Virus record (IMG/VR): IMGVR_UViG_3300009506_000016 | Location: 13,566-77,565 of that record | Direction: 5' to 3' (one strand) | Length of the DNA stretch: 64,000 nt | From: a virus | In this document: positions 21,047-30,661 of the stretch, one piece after another | How the letters are laid out: every line of letters starts with the position of its first letter | Numbering within the stretch: the stretch's first letter is position 1 | The notes under the pieces: model-generated | Databases searched by the model: none | What the model was told of the DNA's origin: nothing | The model's input: the letters and a program-made list of their open reading frames with translations, nothing else | Program-made: the position numbers and the translations under genes

Positions 21047-21075
21047 ATTATAGCAATTATTCGTATCTTGATCAA
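21047..21075 (-). promoter_or_regulatory. Sigma70-type promoter
   Basis: TTGATC-17-TATAAT with TG extension. Confidence 0.7.
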
Positions 21076-21087
21076 GCCTTAAATTTC

Positions 21088-21393
21088 TCAGGCATCAAGA
21101 TATCTGGATAGTGTTTGTAAGTTACGTGACATATATGGAGAATCAACGGACGACTCAAGTTCCTCTGCTATCATATCGAGATCGTTTCCTTCGCCAACCA
21201 AAGACAACATAAGCCTTACTGACAACTCGATAAGAGCGGAACCATTCTTACCGCGTCCAAACTCGACATGTTCCTTTAGAAGATCCAGGGTATCAGGAGT
21301 CATTGTTATCTTGATATCTTGCCTATTTGATTGTCCGTTCGCCGTTCTGCCGTACAACTTACGAAGATCGTGAAATACATTATTTGTTACCAT
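21088..21393 (-). CDS. Hypothetical protein (possible ribbon-helix-helix)
   Basis: KITMTPD..DLL...GSALIELSVR. Confidence 0.5.
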   Translation of the reverse strand: MVTNNVFHDLRKLYGRTANGQSNRQDIKITMTPDTLDLLKEHVEFGRGKNGSALIELSVRLMLSLVGEGNDLDMIAEELESSVDSPYMSRNLQTLSRYLDA

Positions 21394-21408
21394 ATTACTA
21401 CCTATAAA

Positions 21409-21987
21409 TTACTGATCACCCACCTCTTTGTTATTATCAAGAAAGCTCATCGTTTCTACGCTTTTTGCATAGTATACAGAACGAGATTCTGAAACGTCAT
21501 AGCTTGTTGCGTTTTCAACCGAAACCCCAAGACTTGTTGACAGCGACTTGGTTGTAAAATCGTCAAGGTTAGCCCCAAGAAATATTACTTTTCCGCCCTT
21601 ATTCTCAAACGTTCTCACAAGATCAAGCAATTGTTTTGTGGTGTATCTAAATGATGCGTTCTCAAGTCCATCGGTCATAAGAACAACAACTTTCTTTATA
21701 TCTTTGTGCATTCCGTTCATAAGAACAAGTTCTTCGCCGAATACATCCAGCAGTGGTGTCATTCCATTGCAGATATATTTATCTCTAGTAATAACTGGCG
21801 CATCTATAGCCTCTCCGAGATAGATGATATCGCGCCGAGCATCGTCCCAAACAACAATTTTAATGATTGTTTCTTTCAATGCTCTAACTGTATTCAAATA
21901 CTCATTAATAGCATCAACGGTAACTGGTATGTTCGGAATCATCGATCCAGAACCATCCATAAGTAATGAAATTCTACTCTCTGTCAT
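21409..21987 (-). CDS. vWA domain protein
   Basis: MIDAS DGSGSM, GMTPLLD, MTDGLENAS, FLGAN. Confidence 0.85.
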   Translation of the reverse strand: MTESRISLLMDGSGSMIPNIPVTVDAINEYLNTVRALKETIIKIVVWDDARRDIIYLGEAIDAPVITRDKYICNGMTPLLDVFGEELVLMNGMHKDIKKVVVLMTDGLENASFRYTTKQLLDLVRTFENKGGKVIFLGANLDDFTTKSLSTSLGVSVENATSYDVSESRSVYYAKSVETMSFLDNNKEVGDQ

Positions 21988-22319
21988 ATTGTATTGTCCT
22001 CAATACGATTGATAGACCTTTCCTTAGAAAAGCCTTCCGGGTATCGCTTTTTAAGTTTTCCAATGTTCATGTTAGCGATTGTGCTAAGATCAAAACCTAA
22101 CGCATCGGCCAGATATGCAATGTACCAAAGGCAATCACCGGCCTCATCAAGCAATTTTATAGCGTCAACTTTGTGACCATGCCATTTCATTTTCTTGATA
22201 ATGTTAGCAAGTTCTCCGGCTTTGCCAGCCAAGCACAGTCCGGCAAATACCAATCTATCTTCCTCTGGAATTCCATTGGCTGTTCTCATTGCAAGGTTTT
22301 GATATTCTTCAAATGTCAT
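21984..22319 (-). CDS. MazG-like nucleotide pyrophosphohydrolase
   Basis: EYQ..A.RT, LAG(K)AGE...IKK...H, DEAGDCLWY, N..KL.KRYP. Confidence 0.85.
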   Translation of the reverse strand: MTFEEYQNLAMRTANGIPEEDRLVFAGLCLAGKAGELANIIKKMKWHGHKVDAIKLLDEAGDCLWYIAYLADALGFDLSTIANMNIGKLKKRYPEGFSKERSINRIEDNTI

Positions 22320-22666
22320 ATTCCCCATTTCCCTTTCCGGTATATCAACCAGATAATACAATAAACCGCGAGATCCGTAATAGTATCCTCAATGGATTCG
22401 TTTTTTGGATCAAGCGGTTCTTCGAATTCAGATGATTTTATCTCAATTCGGAATCCCATCAAATTCATAAGCCTTGCCATTTTATCCCACGTTCGGGTTG
22501 CGAGTCCAATCTCTCCTGTTCCAAGTATATTAGCAGGACTGTAATCCGCGTTTTTATCGAGATGTACTTCATACATGTGTTCGATAATATCTCGGAAAGC
22601 CTCGGTCTGTTCTGGACGCAGATCCTCGGTAATATGAGTTGGCCTATCAAGATTTATATATCCCAT
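22316..22666 (-). CDS. DUF1599 / nucleotide-modification-associated domain protein
   Basis: KNADY, R.WDK.ARL, ESIEDT.TDLA.Y. Confidence 0.7.
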   Translation of the reverse strand: MGYINLDRPTHITEDLRPEQTEAFRDIIEHMYEVHLDKNADYSPANILGTGEIGLATRTWDKMARLMNLMGFRIEIKSSEFEEPLDPKNESIEDTITDLAVYCIIWLIYRKGKWGI

Positions 22667-23235
22667 TTTGTCCTTCCGTTGTTCATGTTTATAGCACCAA
22701 GTTTCAATACATCCTGAATGCTATCAACTCTCGGGGCCCAAAAGTCATTAGCATTATGGGGCTGATTGTATAATATCTTGTATCCCGAGTATGCGCGTAT
22801 GTTATGTATTCCGTCATCGAGTAGCGTTCCATAACTTCCGTTTAGTAAAGACTTATCACCAACCTCAATATAGTCCTTCTGGAAACGCTTTGATTCGAGA
22901 AATCCATAGTCGTACAACCATTGTAATTTTCTACCCTGATTCTTATAAACCGGGGTAGTGGCGAATACAACTCTGTATCCAAGCTGTTTCAATGCAGAGA
23001 TGGTTCGCTTTACTACATATTCGGGTTCGAGTAAAAACACTTCATCATACAACGTTGGATCATCAAGATATTCATAGATAATTTCACCGCATTCTGGTTT
23101 TACGAATTTCCTCATATCCCATTCGGTGATATCTTTCTTTTGAAGATGGTCGTTGTAGTCTTTATTGTATCTACGCAACCATGCGGATAGAAGATCAGCG
23201 ATAGTATCATCAATATCAATATAAAATGTTTTCAT
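22654..23235 (-). CDS. HAD-family 5'(3')-deoxyribonucleotidase
   Basis: DIDDTIAD, K..WL, DKS, LLDD...N, QPHN. Confidence 0.85.
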   Translation of the reverse strand: MKTFYIDIDDTIADLLSAWLRRYNKDYNDHLQKKDITEWDMRKFVKPECGEIIYEYLDDPTLYDEVFLLEPEYVVKRTISALKQLGYRVVFATTPVYKNQGRKLQWLYDYGFLESKRFQKDYIEVGDKSLLNGSYGTLLDDGIHNIRAYSGYKILYNQPHNANDFWAPRVDSIQDVLKLGAINMNNGRTKWDI

Positions 23236-23333
23236 AATAGACCTCAATTGCGCATCTCCGATTTGAACGGAGAATATGGCCTTTATTTTGATACCAATGC
23301 GCAAACTAATTATACATGATTATGTATAACTTT

Positions 23334-24047
23334 TCAACCGTCAAACACGTCTTTGCCATTCTCGATTCCCCACGCCTCAATAGTGATTTGTGGGAGTTTA
23401 CCGGCCTTTATAAATTCAAGAACAACTTCACGAAGTTCAGGGACTTTCTCAGCTATGTAAGCAATATCAGCGCACAGATTTTCTTGATGGACGCGAAGTT
23501 CAACAGCCTGTCCTTCCGAATCAATACCAAGGTTCTGATCAATATACTGATCAACGCGCTCCGAAATCGCTTCCTCAATAGTCTTAGTACCATAGAACCT
23601 GCGATTGTCATCTTCCGCTTTCATTCCAGCGAAGTATGATTCGCGTTGAACCTTTTGCAAGCTATCCGTTGCGTTTTTGAGTTCTGTTTCTGCCTCAAGA
23701 ACAGCCGGTTCGTAATGGGCAGATAACTGAGCAAGCTCGCGCTCTTGTTTAGCCTTAAGCTCTGCAAGTTGTTGTCTGTGTGCCGCATCCATTTCCGTAA
23801 TCTTTGATCTTCGCTCGTTTTCTAAGCGAGTCACAACTGCCTGACGTGTCCCACGAAACTGAACAGCATCAGCGATAAGTTTGCGCCATTTCTCAGCGTT
23901 CACTTCGATCTCAAGCTGTTCCATGAAAGACTTTCTACGCCTGTTCTTGAATGTTGTAACATCGGGAACACGATCACCATAAAAATCTGAAATAGCAAGA
24001 CGCAACATCTTTACCATGTGCGCCATTCGTTCCGGGCCTATAGCCAT
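23334..24047 (-). CDS. Coiled-coil hypothetical protein
   Basis: AGGAG RBS, long ORF. Confidence 0.65.
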   Translation of the reverse strand: MAIGPERMAHMVKMLRLAISDFYGDRVPDVTTFKNRRRKSFMEQLEIEVNAEKWRKLIADAVQFRGTRQAVVTRLENERRSKITEMDAAHRQQLAELKAKQERELAQLSAHYEPAVLEAETELKNATDSLQKVQRESYFAGMKAEDDNRRFYGTKTIEEAISERVDQYIDQNLGIDSEGQAVELRVHQENLCADIAYIAEKVPELREVVLEFIKAGKLPQITIEAWGIENGKDVFDG

Positions 24048-24058
24048 TTTACATTCTC

Positions 24059-24346
24059 CTATTCACTAAGATCGAAACACCTCATATTCGATTCATCGGC
24101 AAAGTAACACACGATATTTGTATCTCTATCATACATTTTTATGATTGTACGATAACCAGATGAATGATATGGTAAAACTTGTATGACAACATCACCAACA
24201 TACTGAGTATTGGCAGTTATATCATCTTCTGATACGATCTGCGCTCCTTGTTGATCTTGTGGAACGTAAGCAATAGCGAATGCTGTCATTACAGAGAGAA
24301 CAACAACAATCGCAAATACGAGATATAGATTACGAAACTTGTTCAT
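24059..24346 (-). CDS. Membrane-anchored/secreted hypothetical protein
   Basis: N-terminal signal/TM; C-terminal D....VCY......C. Confidence 0.6.
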   Translation of the reverse strand: MNKFRNLYLVFAIVVVLSVMTAFAIAYVPQDQQGAQIVSEDDITANTQYVGDVVIQVLPYHSSGYRTIIKMYDRDTNIVCYFADESNMRCFDLSE

Positions 24347-24407
24347 CTTGTTATATAACACTCCTGGAATCGTTGAGGGCGCACTAAGCGCCCTCAACAA
24401 ACTTTGG

Positions 24408-26027
24408 TTATTTGTATCCGATGAACTCGTTGATCAGTTGCGGTACGTTTCCATCAAACCCGGCCACGTCCAGAGCAAGCGGATCAGAAGTGTCACCAAT
24501 CGTATACCCGGTGGGTGTCATTGACATGGTAACCAGATTGACATCATGTCTTACATGAGATCGATACTGGTTTAGAGCAACAAACGGATGAACCCAACCT
24601 GCCCAAGTTTCACTGTCTGTGATGCAAACAAATGCGTCAAAGTCACGGCCTTGTCTCTTTGCCCAAGAAAAAGCGAGTGATGCGTCTGTTCCACCAAATG
24701 ACATGTGGCTCGTTATCGCCATAGCCTGATCAAGTTTCATTCCGGCGCTGATCCCGAGCGGCCTGATATTATCAGCGAAGCCGATAATCTCGTAGTTTGG
24801 CTCGGAGTTAGCAAGAACAAGTGCCATAGCCGCCGCTCCAAGGTTTGGAGTAAAACCAGCAATGCCATTGATCGATCCGTAGGTCATTGAGCCACTCACA
24901 TCAAGCGCATAGCAGATATTCTTGTGTGTGGCCGGTGCGTTTTTGAATGCAGAGTAGAAAGTGTTCTCACATGCGTAAGAGATATCACGATCAACATTCC
25001 ACCGATTTTGACCACGCGTATCTACGCCAGCGTTATATTGCAATGATGCAATCAAAGCCTTGATAGGATGCAAGCGGTTTTTGTGCAACCACTCAACATC
25101 GTTGAGGCGGCTGATGATCAGATTCTTGGAATCGCGGTCTTTCAGAACACCATAACGAGTCATATTTGCGAGATTGCGGACCATTGCCTCAGCACCCATT
25201 TGGGGTAGTAGAGCGATCCACACGTCACGATCAGTCAGATATTCGGTTGGTACAATCTCTCTCGGTGCATTCGCTGTGCGAATCACATCGATGATACCTT
25301 CCTTATTGCCCCTGGCCGCATAATCTTTCATCACTTCTGCGGCTGTAATGATATCTGGCACAAGAAAAGTATTGTATTCCTTTCCCAATGACCACAACAT
25401 TGCCGCTTGGTGCGCCGGTGATGCAAAGCTAAAATCAACATGCGCAAGACGAATGACATCCTTCTGCGACCATCCCTCACGTTGTTGATATTTAGCCAAC
25501 TGGTAAGCCAGCGAGTTAGGGCTACGATCAAGATACCATTTGGAAACGGCCCGGCGCACAGCCCTTCCCCATCCGCGTTTTGCGTGCAAGAAACTTGCAA
25601 ACGTGAACAGGTGAGTACCAGTACGAACAACCTTCGGCAACGCATTTAGAGCTAGCTTACGTGCGTATGCCATTCCGTTTGTGTAAGACGCGGCAACTGC
25701 AAGAGCAAAAATAGCAGGATCGTTACTTGCGGCGCGTCCATTGTCGCTCACATCAACAATCATATCAATGGTGCGCGTTGGATCTTCATTAAGACATCGA
25801 AGAATGTTGGTGTAATTCTCGAACGTCCGCTTTTTCTCGTTGGCGTAGTAGGTTGGTCCTTCTGTACCAAGGATCAAAAACCGTTCAAGTTGAGTAAACA
25901 TGCCAGCATCAAACACATATCCGCCAGCGTTATTCATAACTTGCTTTTTGCCAGGAACAGGCCGAGATTGAGGAATATTACCAACCTTGTTGCTTGTTCC
26001 AGCATTGATATAGGTTTTTCGTGCCAT
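24408..26027 (-). CDS. rsr: Ro60/TROVE-domain RNA-binding protein (Rsr-like)
   Basis: NNAGGYVF, RFLILGTEG.TYY, RTGTHLF, RGWGR..R, KYQQREGWS..D..RLAH, AMVRNL; vWA MIDAS DVSGSM, GGTD, ITDSETW; GGAGG RBS before ATG at 26027. Confidence 0.95.
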   Translation of the reverse strand: MARKTYINAGTSNKVGNIPQSRPVPGKKQVMNNAGGYVFDAGMFTQLERFLILGTEGPTYYANEKKRTFENYTNILRCLNEDPTRTIDMIVDVSDNGRAASNDPAIFALAVAASYTNGMAYARKLALNALPKVVRTGTHLFTFASFLHAKRGWGRAVRRAVSKWYLDRSPNSLAYQLAKYQQREGWSQKDVIRLAHVDFSFASPAHQAAMLWSLGKEYNTFLVPDIITAAEVMKDYAARGNKEGIIDVIRTANAPREIVPTEYLTDRDVWIALLPQMGAEAMVRNLANMTRYGVLKDRDSKNLIISRLNDVEWLHKNRLHPIKALIASLQYNAGVDTRGQNRWNVDRDISYACENTFYSAFKNAPATHKNICYALDVSGSMTYGSINGIAGFTPNLGAAAMALVLANSEPNYEIIGFADNIRPLGISAGMKLDQAMAITSHMSFGGTDASLAFSWAKRQGRDFDAFVCITDSETWAGWVHPFVALNQYRSHVRHDVNLVTMSMTPTGYTIGDTSDPLALDVAGFDGNVPQLINEFIGYK

Positions 26028-26044
26028 TTCGTACCTCCAACAGA

Positions 26045-26177
26045 AAGTATAGTCGTGCAAAACGGTTGGCGGGATTCGAACCCGCCTTTTGCCATTAACC
26101 GTTATGGAGCGGCTGGTTGCTCAACCGGTACAACCTGTTCTTCTCCATTCGATGTAATAACCGACAAACAATCGTAT
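26045..26177 (-). ncRNA. Y-RNA-like/tRNA-like RNA directly upstream of Ro60
   Basis: Starts at predicted TSS; 5' ACG...GUCGGUUAU resembles array units; contains AACGGUU/AACCGUU stem stacked on GGCGGG-UUCGAAU-CCCGCC T-arm and AUGGAG/CUCCAU stem. Confidence 0.7.
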
Positions 26178-26181
26178 AATA

Positions 26182-26210
26182 ATTATACCATATATTCGAT
26201 CATATTGCAA
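26182..26210 (-). promoter_or_regulatory. Promoter for Y-like RNA and Ro60
   Basis: TTGCAA-17-TATAAT with TG extension. Confidence 0.75.
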
Positions 26211-26221
26211 AACGAGTTTTC

Positions 26222-26452
26222 TCATCGAGAGATAAGAAAAACAATATAAGCAATAAAAGCAATGTTGATAATTGTTAATAATGCAACGCCCATTTTTTCT
26301 GTATCATCAAGACAATATACAGAGTTATGCTCAATTCTCACAGCAATGAAAATGGGCCAAACAAATATAAGCATTATTGTAATAACAACATAAACGGCAA
26401 GACTTGAAATCATCTTAATAGGATATCCAATAATGAAAAACACCTTTCTCAT
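26222..26452 (-). CDS. Small membrane protein
   Basis: Two hydrophobic segments, ATGA overlap. Confidence 0.55.
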   Translation of the reverse strand: MRKVFFIIGYPIKMISSLAVYVVITIMLIFVWPIFIAVRIEHNSVYCLDDTEKMGVALLTIINIAFIAYIVFLISR

Positions 26453-26760
26453 TTGCTTATCCCTTCTGAAAGAAATAACAATCCATGTTCTTCAAGTGGT
26501 TCTATTTGCATTTCGTCAACAAGTTTCTTGATTGCAATAGGAACGCCTTTTATCTCAAGTTTTCCGCCATATAGAGGAATGTAGATAATATCGCTACGCC
26601 ATATAATCTCATCACTCTCATTTCTTGCACAAACTGTAATCTCAACCTGATCGTACAATACACGGCCAACAATGATCGTAAGCTGAATTGTTGGCTCATC
26701 TTTCATACCACTTCTTATGTAATCATTGACTAATTTTCCGAATGTCAGCTTGTTTCCCAT
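26449..26760 (-). CDS. Hypothetical protein
   Basis: AAGGA RBS. Confidence 0.6.
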   Translation of the reverse strand: MGNKLTFGKLVNDYIRSGMKDEPTIQLTIIVGRVLYDQVEITVCARNESDEIIWRSDIIYIPLYGGKLEIKGVPIAIKKLVDEMQIEPLEEHGLLFLSEGISK

Positions 26761-26853
26761 GTCTTAATCATTCCTTAATATAAGTTTAATAAAAACTGAC
26801 TTGACTTGCGTATAGCAAAAATGGTACAATAGAGGGTGGGAGGGAGGGAATAG

Positions 26854-27078
26854 TTAAAATAGCATGTTGTCACCAAAATCTCGCCATTCCTTAAGCTCTT
26901 CCCTAATTCTCTCAGAATCAATAGCGAGTTCTTTCGACTCATCAGCATATCCCTTCATGATGCTATCGGGGATAGGATGATAATTCGCAATCATAACTAT
27001 GATCTTAATAATAATGGTTAATAATCGAGTCATGAATGCAAACATCTCAATAATCATTCTCTTATCATTTTTGTCCAT
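26854..27078 (-). CDS. Hypothetical protein
   Basis: AGGAG RBS. Confidence 0.6.
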   Translation of the reverse strand: MDKNDKRMIIEMFAFMTRLLTIIIKIIVMIANYHPIPDSIMKGYADESKELAIDSERIREELKEWRDFGDNMLF

Positions 27079-27170
27079 TGTTGTATTTCTCCTATTAAAA
27101 ATGCCCGTAGATGCGTTCTACGGGCATTCTAAGCCATTTTTAGGCCATATACGTTATTTGATAACGGATA

Positions 27171-27602
27171 TCAAAGGTAGTGGGTGTATTCCCGTTCTGT
27201 GTGTTCCAGGCGGTATAAAACGTCCTCAAGCATAGTATGAAGGACCGCCATTTGGCGATTGTACTCTCCATGACCTTTAACACGTTCAAGATCGGCGAAT
27301 GACATGAGTGATTCGACAAGCGTGATTGCTATGTCAATTGACTCTATATTAAGAGCCTGGCCGGTTGAGATATTGGCACGATTGTTCATACCAAGGATTT
27401 TTACGATATCGTTTTCTCCAAGGGTTGTCAATCCACGAGTCACAAACCCAAGACCCTGATAGCGTTCTTTTGCCGATCTATCTTTTTTGATATCAACACC
27501 GAGATCAGCACAAAACGTTTCAAGAGATGAACGATAGTAATATTCACCAAGCTCTTTTATGAGTAGATTGATAAACTCTTTCCTTGTCATTGTGGTTGGC
27601 AT
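27171..27602 (-). CDS. Hypothetical protein
   Basis: AGGAG RBS. Confidence 0.65.
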   Translation of the reverse strand: MPTTMTRKEFINLLIKELGEYYYRSSLETFCADLGVDIKKDRSAKERYQGLGFVTRGLTTLGENDIVKILGMNNRANISTGQALNIESIDIAITLVESLMSFADLERVKGHGEYNRQMAVLHTMLEDVLYRLEHTEREYTHYL

Positions 27603-27610
27603 CGTGACTC

Positions 27611-29788
27611 CTAATAATCAACTTTCACATCACGAATTGCGAACGTGAAGTGTTTGTCATCAAGATCAACCTCAGCGCCATCACGGGTGTCAAGATCGGG
27701 GAACCATTGTTTGCACAGCAAGACAGCAAACCGTGTTCTCTGGATCTTATCACGCACATTTCTCAAATCATTCTTCACGCGATTGAGACTCGCCTTTGCA
27801 TATTCCAGGGTCGATAGCGGATCTTTTGAGTTAGGCATATTGTTCTCAAATGATTTTATGACATCGGACATAAGTTGATTGGATGGTGTGAGTTTCTTTC
27901 CGTCAGCCATTTTTGACAACACGTCATCAATCTTTGGAGCGCTGGAATATCCCTTGATCTTTACCTCAAATTCCTTGGCGAAGTAGTGATCGATGCTTTC
28001 TTCCTTGTCTACCGGTGGTGAATATAAGCGATCATGCTTAATCCCGTAGGTTTCAAGGAATTCGATCTGCTCGTTCGTGAATTCGCTCGTGACTTTTTCC
28101 ATGATCCCGGTTGGATCTAATTCCTTGATCTTGTTGTTCAGGAATTTTTGCATGAACGTAAGCTCAAGCTCGTGATCCAGCCACCCACAATATTCGGTAG
28201 ATGTTGGCGCAGTGGCAATCTTCTTGTTCACCAGAGGAACAGCACCTAAGTCAACAAGATAGATTGTATCTTCATCGTGTTCATCATAGTAGTTATCTGG
28301 TAGCATACCAGCATCGACTAACCGATGAAACGTGTCATAACTCATTGACACTGGAAGGGTGGGCGTGTTCAAGATGCTATCTTTGACCAGGGTGTAGTTG
28401 CGATATTGATGACACTGGAAATACTCTCTGAGGCCAACATGCACAGCATCAGGAAGATTAACATGTCCAGGAATTTTTGCAAGGATGGAAAGATTCAGGC
28501 GTTTTTGATTCCATGTCAGATGATTGAATGGACAGGCCGTAGTAGAGTCTGCAAAGAATTTTGGATATCCATCGCGTGTCTTTGTGGGTACGCCGGTGCG
28601 CTTGTAGTTGAACAACTCGTGGCGTGGATAGAAGTATGCTTTGCTATCTGCCATAAGCAAGTCAATAGCATCAAGCAAGCAAAACGCATCATCGGCTGGA
28701 ACAAAATCGGTATCTTGTCCCTCAATGAACCTGAACGCCTCAGAATCAAGTGATAGCAACATGCTGTTTTGCGCATTGCCATATTCCTCATTTGTGAATG
28801 CGTTGTTCACTTCTTTGATCAATGCAACTTCGCCGATAGATCCAAGCATCTCAATAGCAATGTCTGACTTTGCGGAAGAAACAAATGCGTATGCCAGGGC
28901 CACAGGAGCAACGTATGATTGCTCATACGTCATTGACGAAACCGTATCATAATGAGTCAGATCGTGCATGTGATTGATATCAGCAAGGACATAGATGGTG
29001 TTAGCGTTCTCTGGAACGTATGTTACAGCATCCATAGTGTTGAGTATCTCAACAGGATACTGCTGGACGTTGAAGCCATCGTATCCAACTACCATCAGAG
29101 GTTGCATAACTGGAAGTGGTACTGAAACGCGCAACGCCTTCTCAGATCCAACAAATTGCTCCATGCTCGAATCAAACTCGGTAAGGTGGCTGGAATGGAT
29201 AAGAGTCCCGCCGATATTCGCTGTCATCTGAGCCATAAGCTCTTTATTATAGTAGTCACCATAACCAACCAGCATCACAGACGAAACTTTGTCGTTCAGC
29301 GCACGCATGGTATTGAGAATTTTTTGTACTTCCTGTTTGTAGTTACTTACAACCGGATATCCGTCCGTCATAAACATGAGCGATACGGTTCCAGGAAGTG
29401 CGGAAAGATTACCGATGATGTTATCATAGGTATCTGCCAGGATCTCAGAAAAGCATGTGAGGCCTACAACGCTTTTGTATTTCTGTAATGCACTTTTTAC
29501 AGTATTTTGGAATGACGAATTAACGGAAAGGCCGATAAAGATCCAGCCAAACTTCCCGTTTTCAGTTGAAAACCAACCGATTGATAAGGTATCTCCATCG
29601 CGGAGTTGCTTGGAACGCTCAACCATATCATCAACCAATTGAGGCAATGTATAATACATTGATCCAGAACGGTCAAAGATCCAAACGTGATTTGTAGGAT
29701 CAGGAACAGAAGCCTTTTCCTCAGAGCGATCCAATTCGATAGCGAACAAGTTGTACTTATTCTTTACAGGGGCTACAGATACTTTCAT
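27611..29788 (-). CDS. Large vWA-domain protein
   Basis: DRSGSM, GLTCF, FMTDGYP, VGYG.YYN. Confidence 0.8.
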   Translation of the reverse strand: MKVSVAPVKNKYNLFAIELDRSEEKASVPDPTNHVWIFDRSGSMYYTLPQLVDDMVERSKQLRDGDTLSIGWFSTENGKFGWIFIGLSVNSSFQNTVKSALQKYKSVVGLTCFSEILADTYDNIIGNLSALPGTVSLMFMTDGYPVVSNYKQEVQKILNTMRALNDKVSSVMLVGYGDYYNKELMAQMTANIGGTLIHSSHLTEFDSSMEQFVGSEKALRVSVPLPVMQPLMVVGYDGFNVQQYPVEILNTMDAVTYVPENANTIYVLADINHMHDLTHYDTVSSMTYEQSYVAPVALAYAFVSSAKSDIAIEMLGSIGEVALIKEVNNAFTNEEYGNAQNSMLLSLDSEAFRFIEGQDTDFVPADDAFCLLDAIDLLMADSKAYFYPRHELFNYKRTGVPTKTRDGYPKFFADSTTACPFNHLTWNQKRLNLSILAKIPGHVNLPDAVHVGLREYFQCHQYRNYTLVKDSILNTPTLPVSMSYDTFHRLVDAGMLPDNYYDEHDEDTIYLVDLGAVPLVNKKIATAPTSTEYCGWLDHELELTFMQKFLNNKIKELDPTGIMEKVTSEFTNEQIEFLETYGIKHDRLYSPPVDKEESIDHYFAKEFEVKIKGYSSAPKIDDVLSKMADGKKLTPSNQLMSDVIKSFENNMPNSKDPLSTLEYAKASLNRVKNDLRNVRDKIQRTRFAVLLCKQWFPDLDTRDGAEVDLDDKHFTFAIRDVKVDY

Positions 29789-29829
29789 TGTGTGTCCTTT
29801 CGAATCGAATACGAATTAGACTTACAACA

Positions 29830-29900
29830 TGGACCGTAAGAGATTCGAACTCTATCTTCTCGTTGCAACGGAGATGATCTGCCATTTGATCTAACGGCCC
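29830..29900 (-). tRNA. tRNA-Ala(UGC), imperfect
   Basis: GGGCCGU/ACGGUCC acceptor with G3:U70, A73; GAUC/GAUC D-stem; UUCGAAU T-loop; mismatches in anticodon and T stems; no CCA. Confidence 0.75.
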
Positions 29901-29909
29901 ATTTTATCT

Positions 29910-30263
29910 TTATGGAACAGGATAACTAACATCGGGAGCCGGGTACGGCTCTACAGGAGCGGGGTATCCGATATCTTGTGTTGGCCGAACAATTCTTCGT
30001 AGGAATAAAGGAATAGTAGCTTGAAGGTCTTCTTCGTGTTCTCCGCTTTCGTTTTCGTCATCTGTTGAGTTATCGGTTGTGTTAATAGCATTCATTTCAA
30101 TGTTCTTTGGAACACGAGTTGGAGTCGAAAAAGATACTACGGCAGGATCATTGTTATCGATCATATAAGCCTTAGCTCTGTTTTTCATTATACCAAACAT
30201 GATAAAAGCGAGAATGAATGATACAAATAGAATAATTATCGTTTTTTGTTTTAGTGAGGTCAT
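29910..30263 (-). CDS. Membrane-anchored protein with YPAP repeats
   Basis: Signal/TM, acidic linker, GYPAPVEPYPAP..SYPVP; start reassigned to MTSLK. Confidence 0.6.
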   Translation of the reverse strand: MTSLKQKTIIILFVSFILAFIMFGIMKNRAKAYMIDNNDPAVVSFSTPTRVPKNIEMNAINTTDNSTDDENESGEHEEDLQATIPLFLRRIVRPTQDIGYPAPVEPYPAPDVSYPVP

Positions 30264-30285
30264 TGTTGCCAACCTTAAATAAGTG

Positions 30286-30322
30286 GCCCGGTGGGTAAGG
30301 AGGTGAAAAAAACCCACCGGGC
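30286..30322 (-). ncRNA. 11-bp hairpin displaying anti-SD loop (UUUUUUCACCUCCUU)
   Basis: GCCCGGUGGGU/ACCCACCGGGC stem; loop matches the 16S rRNA 3' tail. Confidence 0.55.
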
Positions 30323-30335
30323 GCTCAATATTGAA

Positions 30336-30473
30336 CACGGTAATGTGGTGAGAAACCGGTTTAGCTCTGGCCGGGATTCGAACCCTAGAGCGAACAAGTA
30401 TTACTCGTCCAGCAACCACGCCACTAGCCATCATAGTCTGGTAGATAGATAACAGTCTCTCTTTCGTACCGCG
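30336..30473 (-). ncRNA. Y-RNA-like array unit 6 (insert with T-loop hairpin)
   Basis: CGCGGUA-CG...GAGAGACUG-UUAUC...CGGUUUCUC...UACCGUG scaffold; GGG-UUCGAAU-CCC. Confidence 0.7.
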
Positions 30474-30486
30474 AAAGTCTATTTTC

Positions 30487-30565
30487 ATTCGGTAATAAGT
30501 TGCGCTCGATAAAAAACTTCTGTACTGAAGTTTACCGAAGGTAACCGAAGCGCGGCGTACCGAAT
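30487..30565 (-). ncRNA. Y-RNA-like array unit 5 (short insert)
   Basis: AUUCGGUA-CG..GCGCUUCGGU-UACC...AUCGAGCGC...UACCGAAU. Confidence 0.7.
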
Positions 30566-30585
30566 CTTTATTAGGTTGTTAAAAC

Positions 30586-30661
30586 AAGGTAATAAATTAG
30601 CGCTCGATTTATTAGTTTCGTTTCATATACAAAGTTTGGTTATCGAACACAAGCGTACCTT
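30586..30661 (-). ncRNA. Y-RNA-like array unit 4 (short insert)
   Basis: AAGGUA-CG...GUGUUCGAU-AACC...AUCGAGCGC...UACCUU. Confidence 0.65.

Noticed and set aside
21984-23235. 2-aminoadenine (dZ) or 7-deazaguanine DNA modification pathway
   Set aside because: No PurZ, DpdA, Que/FolE or DNA polymerase genes are visible in the window.
30264-30488. N-terminal extension of the 192 aa ORF in the track
   Set aside because: Runs through ncRNA unit 6 and the anti-SD hairpin; a signal-peptide-like start exists at 30263.
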